51,359 bases of DNA from a virus. Taxonomy: Duplodnaviria; Caudoviricetes. Positions within the stretch are counted from its first letter, which is position 1. Each line of letters opens with the position of its first letter. This document shows, in pieces, positions 45,850-51,359 of this stretch. Location of the stretch: the IMG/VR virus record IMGVR_UViG_3300049596_000773, positions 1 through 51,359 of that record. One strand, written 5' to 3'. The notes beneath the pieces were generated by a model. It did not search any database, was not told the origin of the DNA, and saw only the letters and a list, made by a program, of their open reading frames with translations. A program made the translations under genes and the position numbers.

Positions 45850-46584
45850 CTAAAGCTCCACCGGGAGCAGCGGCTTGGCGCGGGCGGCGAGTTTCAGCCG
45901 CCAGTAGTTTGCAGCGGTGGCGAACTGCTCGGCTGGAGTCACGCCACGGTTCGTCTCGTGCGCGGAAATGTGCGCGTCGCCGATGCGGTCCCAATGGTAG
46001 CTAGGCTGTCCATCGAAGTCGCGGCGGTCGAAATATGAGTTCCCTGCAATCCACAGGTCCGACCCCACCACCACGTCCGGCGTGAACAGCTTAAAGCACA
46101 GGTCCACTTCGGCGGGAGTCAGTGTCTCGAAAAGCGTAACTTGCCATCCGTGGTAGCTGATCTTCTTGGTGTGATCTGCGTAATGCGCCGTGTAGTTCTG
46201 ACCGCACACGGACAGCGGAAACTCGTTGCGCTCGTTGACGCGATTCCAAGCCGCGACCATTTGCGTGATGTGCTGCGGGTCAATCCAATCGTCGTCATCG
46301 AGGATCGTCCAGCAATCCGTCCGCACCATTTTCAGGTTGGCGACGTGTTGATAGACCGGGCGCAGGTAGGTGTCCTCGTCGTTGACGACTTCGGTGCGGA
46401 GCCGGTGCGAGTCCGGGACGTTGAGCAATCGGAGCGGCGTCGGATGGCGGTTGATGATGAGCAGACGCGCCAACGGGTAATCCTGCGCCATGAACGAGCG
46501 GATGGCGCGAGCAATCTTGTCGGGGTGCCCTCCCACGGTTTCCATGATGACGGTGACGGTCGGGTTCTGGACGTGTGTTCTCAT
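45850..46584 (-). CDS. Glycosyltransferase family 2-like protein
   Basis: RAIRSFMAQDYP..RLLIIN and ILDDDDWI (DxD) motifs. Confidence 0.75.
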   Translation of the reverse strand: MRTHVQNPTVTVIMETVGGHPDKIARAIRSFMAQDYPLARLLIINRHPTPLRLLNVPDSHRLRTEVVNDEDTYLRPVYQHVANLKMVRTDCWTILDDDDWIDPQHITQMVAAWNRVNERNEFPLSVCGQNYTAHYADHTKKISYHGWQVTLFETLTPAEVDLCFKLFTPDVVVGSDLWIAGNSYFDRRDFDGQPSYHWDRIGDAHISAHETNRGVTPAEQFATAANYWRLKLAARAKPLLPVEL

Positions 46585-46586
46585 GG

Positions 46587-47345
46587 TTATGGTCCGCTGG
46601 GGCCGGTAGGCCCCGTGGGTCCCGTGGGTCCCGTTGGCCCCGTGGGTCCGGTAGGTCCGGTAGGGCCAGTCGGCCCCGTTGGGCCGGTTGGGCCTGTCCC
46701 CGCCGTCCACGCCCAGTTCGGCACAAGCCCCCAGATCAACTCTCCGCCGGACGTGGCTTTCCGAGCCTTTTGCAGATGGGTGGTGGTAAGCTGGTCGATG
46801 CGAAGGCTTGTTTTCAGGTCCGGGAAATCGCCGGGATCAGGAAACGGCGCGTCCGGCATACCATTGACCGTGCTCTTTCCGGTCTGGCAGGCGCGAACGT
46901 AGGCAATGGGTTGTCGCCAGACGTTGCTTACCCCGGCGTTGTTCGTGAACATCGAGTTGCCCATTGTTGCGCTCGGTCCCCACGTAAGAGTTGGGCCTGC
47001 GGTGATTGCTCCGGCGAAGCTAAACGTCATCTCCAGCCACACCCAATCCCCGCTCGTCAGGGTCATCCGGTTGTCGATGTTGGCGATGGCGGCGGTCTGT
47101 GTCAGGTCGGCTTCATCGAGGAAAATCCATCCGCGCCGCACGTAGGCGTAAGCGGTCGTCTCGGCATTGGACGTGAAGCCCGCGCCATACACCTCGAACG
47201 GGTGGAGCTTGAGCAGCGCCGGGATGCGGGTGAGAGAATCGGGGTTGCGCCCAGGATATTCGGACGCGCCTCCGGCATCCGGCTCCGGCAGTCCGGCTGG
47301 AATGACTTCCCGGATACGGGCCAGCGTGGCGTCAAGTTCTTCCAT
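46587..47345 (-). CDS. Virion-type protein with a C-terminal collagen-like (GPT)n tail
   Basis: 12 Gly-Pro-X triplets (10 of them GPT) encoded at 46590-46694. Confidence 0.75.
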   Translation of the reverse strand: MEELDATLARIREVIPAGLPEPDAGGASEYPGRNPDSLTRIPALLKLHPFEVYGAGFTSNAETTAYAYVRRGWIFLDEADLTQTAAIANIDNRMTLTSGDWVWLEMTFSFAGAITAGPTLTWGPSATMGNSMFTNNAGVSNVWRQPIAYVRACQTGKSTVNGMPDAPFPDPGDFPDLKTSLRIDQLTTTHLQKARKATSGGELIWGLVPNWAWTAGTGPTGPTGPTGPTGPTGPTGPTGPTGPTGPTGPSGP

Positions 47346-48427
47346 CAGAACGTATCAGCTTGAATCTTGGTCAGCCGCCAGAGGTTGTATTTCCAGTATT
47401 CAACCACTGCGGAAAGCACCACTCCGGTTCTTCCCGGATAGGCGCTGGCTGTCGGCGAGGTGTTTCCCCACGAAACGGATTCAACGATGTAGGGCCACTT
47501 TGGGTTTTCCGTGCCGGTGGTGTATGGCCCCAGCGTCACAGCGTTGGTCAGCACGTCGCTTTCGCGGATGGCCGGGATAAACCACGGGTCACGGACGAGA
47601 TCAATGGTGCCGGGATTTTCCAGCGTCAGAGCAGCTTGTGCCGCCAGCATGTTCGCCTGGGTTCCGAATGTCTTGGTGCGCGTCATCTTGACTTCGCGAG
47701 TCATGGATGCGCGCTTTGTCCACACGATGCTCAAAGCCGGGGTGCCGTCACGGGCTGTTGTCGAGTTCAGCACCGCATTTGTAATCAGCGCCGGAGCCTT
47801 CATCTTGCCGGTCGGGTAGTCCACCACCGACAGGGCCGCAAAGCTGGAAAGCGTCGTGGTGACTTTCATGCCGTGAACGGCTGAAATCGGCTGATAAGTG
47901 ATTTCGCTGCCTGCAACCTGCGTGAATGGCAGGGTTGGCTTTGCGATCATCTGCATCGTGACAGTGACTTCGGTGCCAGTGTCTCCGTCCACTTCGGCCC
48001 GTATCATTTCCGTTCCCGGCAAATCTCGGGTTTCGTTGATTTCCGTGGCGATCAGGTCGTCGTTTTCCTGCTCGTAAAAATTGCGAATCAACACGCCTGA
48101 ATCCACCGTTTCAGAACTGGCAATGTTGGCTTTGATATTTCTGCGGCGCTTAACCGTGACGATTTCGCTGTCGCGATCAATCCGGGTGCTCGTTACCCAC
48201 GGGCCGGGAAAAATCGAGTAGGACCACATGACGCGCCCATCGTTTTCTGCGGGAGCAGCGCCATGAAAGACGTGATTCGGCCAATTTACTTCGTCGGGAT
48301 GCGGTGCAAGGTCGGCTGGAACGGCGTAGCCGGGGGCGCGCGGGTCGCACAGGATGCCGAGAATCGGGTAGTCCGTGTTGTCGGCGTCATATCCGGTAAT
48401 TACCGTTAATTTACCAAGCTGGGGCAT
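47345..48427 (-). CDS. Probable virion structural protein
   Basis: Thr-rich beta-type 360-aa ORF preceded by the same operator as portal and capsid. Confidence 0.55.
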   Translation of the reverse strand: MPQLGKLTVITGYDADNTDYPILGILCDPRAPGYAVPADLAPHPDEVNWPNHVFHGAAPAENDGRVMWSYSIFPGPWVTSTRIDRDSEIVTVKRRRNIKANIASSETVDSGVLIRNFYEQENDDLIATEINETRDLPGTEMIRAEVDGDTGTEVTVTMQMIAKPTLPFTQVAGSEITYQPISAVHGMKVTTTLSSFAALSVVDYPTGKMKAPALITNAVLNSTTARDGTPALSIVWTKRASMTREVKMTRTKTFGTQANMLAAQAALTLENPGTIDLVRDPWFIPAIRESDVLTNAVTLGPYTTGTENPKWPYIVESVSWGNTSPTASAYPGRTGVVLSAVVEYWKYNLWRLTKIQADTF

Positions 48428-48438
48428 GTGGCGCACTA

Positions 48439-48489
48439 TTTACGTGAGTTGCGTAAAAAGCAATTGCCTTTTTGCTGCATCCGTGTAAA
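48439..48489. promoter_or_regulatory. Back-to-back late promoters/operators
   Basis: TTTACG-N7-CGTAAA at 48439-48457 with TTGCTT on the minus strand; a degenerate plus-strand copy TTGCCT-t-TTTGCT-N7-TGTAAA follows. Confidence 0.6.
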
Positions 48490-48498
48490 TCGGGAGTC

Positions 48499-49197
48499 GT
48501 GTCCTTCACCATTGCCAATGCCGTTGCGCGTCTCACAGGGTCGAGGTTCAACCTCTTCCTGACGCAAAACGGGCAGATGAGCAACGTGCAGCAGCTCCAA
48601 CGCATCAATCAGGTGCTCGAACAGTTTTGGCTGAAAGGCTCGTGGCCGGGGCTGCACACAGAGGCAACGGTGACATCATCCGGTGGCGTGATTACTCTGG
48701 ACGCCTCGTATTTGCGGCTGGACGGACTGGCCGCATCCAATGACTTCACCGCGCCGGATACCGGGTGCTGGACGAACATTGCCATCAAACCGATGCAATA
48801 TCGGTGGCAACCGGGCGGGCCGGGCTATTTCGATCCGACCGACGTTTGCGGCGTGGTTGCCTACGATCTTGGCGATGTCGGCGGGGTGCGGAAGTATCAA
48901 CTGACCGGGGACGCGGCGACGCTCGACACCTACGAATACAGGGGTTTTGCCCGCAAACGCTACGTGTGGGCGACGGCTGACAGCACGGTTGTTTCACCAG
49001 ATTGCTACCCGGCGCTGGAAATGGGCGTGCGCGCCTACAACGCCGAGGATGAGCAGGCCGACAACGCGGATGCGCTATGGGCGAAGGCGTTTCAGGCGTT
49101 GAATGATAGCATGGGACAGTTCAATGAGGGAAATGAATACGGCGTTCTCCAAACCGATCCTGCAATCAGCATGGGGCAGGTCGCGAACCTGATCTAA
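48499..49197 (+). CDS. Head-tail adaptor / tail tubular protein-like
   Basis: About 232 aa with a helix-beta-helix layout (RINQVLEQFW..GSW); precedes the internal virion genes. Confidence 0.45.
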   Translation: MSFTIANAVARLTGSRFNLFLTQNGQMSNVQQLQRINQVLEQFWLKGSWPGLHTEATVTSSGGVITLDASYLRLDGLAASNDFTAPDTGCWTNIAIKPMQYRWQPGGPGYFDPTDVCGVVAYDLGDVGGVRKYQLTGDAATLDTYEYRGFARKRYVWATADSTVVSPDCYPALEMGVRAYNAEDEQADNADALWAKAFQALNDSMGQFNEGNEYGVLQTDPAISMGQVANLI

Positions 49198-49200
49198 ACT

Positions 49201-49965
49201 ATGGCACGCTGGCAACCATCCTACTTCCAAACCCCGGACGAAAAACGAATGGCGGCAATTCGCGCCAATCCCACAAACCTGCCGACGCGACAGGTCCGCC
49301 CGATGCTGCCGAATAATTACGACGCCACGGGCGGGACAAACAAGTGGGGCGCGCCCAACGCCAGCATCCCGCAGTATTTGGAGAACAACCGGAAAATGTA
49401 CACGATGGAGGATGTGCCGAAACCCGGAGGTGCTACCGGATCGCCTGTTTCACCCAATGCGCCCGATGGAAGACCGTTGACGCAAGTGCGAACAAGCAAC
49501 GGCTGGCAAACTCCAAACCAGCAAACATCAGTAGATATTGCACGCCGATACGGCGGAGGCGCACAGGCGCAAAACACAGCCGTTTATGCACAGCGCGGTG
49601 TGTGGGGAGCGCCTGACACCACCGTTGGAACCGGACCATCGCAAGGCGATGTCATGGATATGGAACGGGCCGGTGCGGTTGGTCCTGTTGCTCAATCATC
49701 CAAAGACGCATGGCAGCGCAAAGAACTAAAACCTGCTTTAGCCCGGCTTTCGGCGCAGCCAAATGCGGCGCAAAGATGGGGCGGATTAACCGGCGAGTTG
49801 AACCGACCAATGGGACAAGGCGCGCTCGACATGACTCCCGAGAAAAGAATGGCTGCGGCCAATGATTCTGCCAGGCAGTCGTATGACTACTATGCACGAA
49901 GGGACGCCCGCAGGTTTGGCGGAGGCGGTCAAGGCCGTTCCAACCGTTCTAACATGGCTTTCTGA
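49201..49965 (+). CDS. Probable internal virion protein
   Basis: Low-complexity G/Q/A/P-rich ORF in the run leading to the giant protein. Confidence 0.5.
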   Translation: MARWQPSYFQTPDEKRMAAIRANPTNLPTRQVRPMLPNNYDATGGTNKWGAPNASIPQYLENNRKMYTMEDVPKPGGATGSPVSPNAPDGRPLTQVRTSNGWQTPNQQTSVDIARRYGGGAQAQNTAVYAQRGVWGAPDTTVGTGPSQGDVMDMERAGAVGPVAQSSKDAWQRKELKPALARLSAQPNAAQRWGGLTGELNRPMGQGALDMTPEKRMAAANDSARQSYDYYARRDARRFGGGGQGRSNRSNMAF

Positions 49966-49967
49966 TT

Positions 49968-51278
49968 ATGGCTGCACTTGACGAAAAACCAATTAGCGCA
50001 AGGTCTGGGCGTTCCGCCTACTACGGAGGAGGCGCTAGTTCCGCTGGTGGCGACATGACGGATTACCAGCGGCAATCCTTGGAGATGCGGCAGGCTGCGA
50101 CCAGCAGCAATGAGGCTTTTCGGCAGGCTGAAGCAATGCGAAGGGCAGAGGAAGCGGCGCAAAAATCCACCACCGCAGACTCACGTTTCCGCGACACGAT
50201 GAACTACAGGCGTGGAACACAAGCCGCCGCAGAATCGCGTTTTCGTGACACTATGGACTACCGGCGTAGTGCACAGGCCGGGGTGCAATCGCGCTTCGAT
50301 CAAGCACAGGCGCTTCGCGAAGAAATGGAGGCGCGTCGGCAGGAAAACGATGAGCGAACCGCACTGCAATCCGCCCGCAGACTCAAGCTGGACGTGGATA
50401 AGGATGCGCGCGCCATTGAGTTTGAGGAAAAGAAATTCCAAAACGTCGAAGGCTTCGACAGGGAGGTTTCGCAGATTGAGGCAATGTGGGGCGACGATCC
50501 GGTGAGGGTTGCCGCAATGACTGTTTCCGCAGCGCGAAAGTTTCCGCTTGCCACAGAGGACAAAAGGACATTTTCCCAAGTCGAACACTCCCGCAAGTTG
50601 CTGGAAAAGTGGCAGGTCCATCCAAAGCTGCCTACGGCATTATGGGAGGCTAGCGAGTTTGATCCGCGCACGATGGGTGCTGCTGACGCAAGGCAGTATC
50701 TCGGAACGATTGCGGCCAAATATCCAGAGGTCGCAAACGATCCCACGCTGGCCGCGACGTTGAAGGCCAAGATGGAACAGGTGGATATGATCGAGTCCAG
50801 GGCAACAAAGGTTCCCGAAGGATTGGAGCCGTCCAGCGCCACCATTGGACCGGACGGAAAGGTTTCCAGAACGTATCGCGCCCAAAAGGAGGCAAAGGAC
50901 ACCACGGCAAAAGCCACACAGGAAGCCTACAAAATGGCGGCTGACAATCTCGCCAAGGCACAGGACGACCGGAACGCCGCCGCCAAAGTGATGCAAGCCA
51001 TAAAGCTCAAGGTCACTACCAATAATCCGAACGCGGCACAGATAGCGGCAATTAGCGAAGCGCAGAGCGTCATCGACAAGCAGGACAAGATTGTTGAACG
51101 CTGGCAGAAACGCCTTGATAAGGAGGAGGCAGCATGGGACGAAAACAGGGGCGTGGCATCGCCAGTGCCGACCACCAAACCAATCGACGTTGACAGCGCA
51201 AAAGCTCTGCTGAAAGAAGCTGGTGGAGATAAAGAAAAGGCTCGCTCACTGGCGAAAGAACGCGGATTCCACTTCTGA
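49968..51278 (+). CDS. Probable internal virion protein (coiled coil)
   Basis: Helical A/Q/E/R-rich ORF with an 18-aa tandem repeat SRFRDTMxYRRxxQAxxx; stops 3 nt before the giant ORF start. Confidence 0.55.
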   Translation: MAALDEKPISARSGRSAYYGGGASSAGGDMTDYQRQSLEMRQAATSSNEAFRQAEAMRRAEEAAQKSTTADSRFRDTMNYRRGTQAAAESRFRDTMDYRRSAQAGVQSRFDQAQALREEMEARRQENDERTALQSARRLKLDVDKDARAIEFEEKKFQNVEGFDREVSQIEAMWGDDPVRVAAMTVSAARKFPLATEDKRTFSQVEHSRKLLEKWQVHPKLPTALWEASEFDPRTMGAADARQYLGTIAAKYPEVANDPTLAATLKAKMEQVDMIESRATKVPEGLEPSSATIGPDGKVSRTYRAQKEAKDTTAKATQEAYKMAADNLAKAQDDRNAAAKVMQAIKLKVTTNNPNAAQIAAISEAQSVIDKQDKIVERWQKRLDKEEAAWDENRGVASPVPTTKPIDVDSAKALLKEAGGDKEKARSLAKERGFHF

Positions 51279-51359
51279 TCCATGCCGGACATCTTCGATA
51301 CGCTCGAAGCTCCGCCAAAGGGTGATGTCTTCGATCAAATTGCCCCCGAATCCAAGGGC

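Noticed and set aside
46141-46902. Plus-strand (GPV)n collagen ORF
   Set aside because: It is the mirror of the minus-strand GPT repeat; the minus-strand genes form a coupled operon with recognisable motifs.
51233-51359. 127-bp terminal repeat as a biological DTR
   Set aside because: The length equals a standard assembler k-mer and it cuts through coding sequence; best read as circular overlap.

Overview
This window is a complete, circularly assembled tailed-phage genome of 51,232 bp unique sequence; positions 1-127 repeat exactly at 51233-51359. The virion genes look podovirus-like: a 2172-aa internal virion protein, TerL, portal, scaffold, major capsid protein, fibre and adaptor-like proteins. 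It also has a lysis module, lambdoid-type replication (initiator plus DnaC-like loader), a leftward early block (MoxR-type AAA plus vWA, DUF2958-like) and several glycosylation genes. I see no integrase, DNA polymerase, tRNA or CRISPR array. Two systems stand out. (1) At 44.0-45.7 kb, a stand-alone Cas7/RAMP-like gene is followed by five ~88-nt non-coding units. Each unit is 9-13 in-register NGY-NN pentamers plus a CACA-hairpin-CAG handle, which suggests a non-CRISPR RNA-guided module resembling what I recall as VIPR. (2) There are eight integron attC-like sites but no intI. Six form an array at 21.8-24.8 kb whose genes run opposite to the normal cassette orientation, often with start and stop codons inside attC. 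The other two flank a conventionally oriented cassette inserted into a solo, self-complementary attC at 12.9-13.4 kb. Smaller findings are a shared TTTACG-N7-CGTAAA late-promoter operator, a RusA-like resolvase split over two overlapping frames, an attenuator-like leader before an HNH gene and a repeated early-region intergenic module. All calls come from reading motifs by eye; no searches were run.
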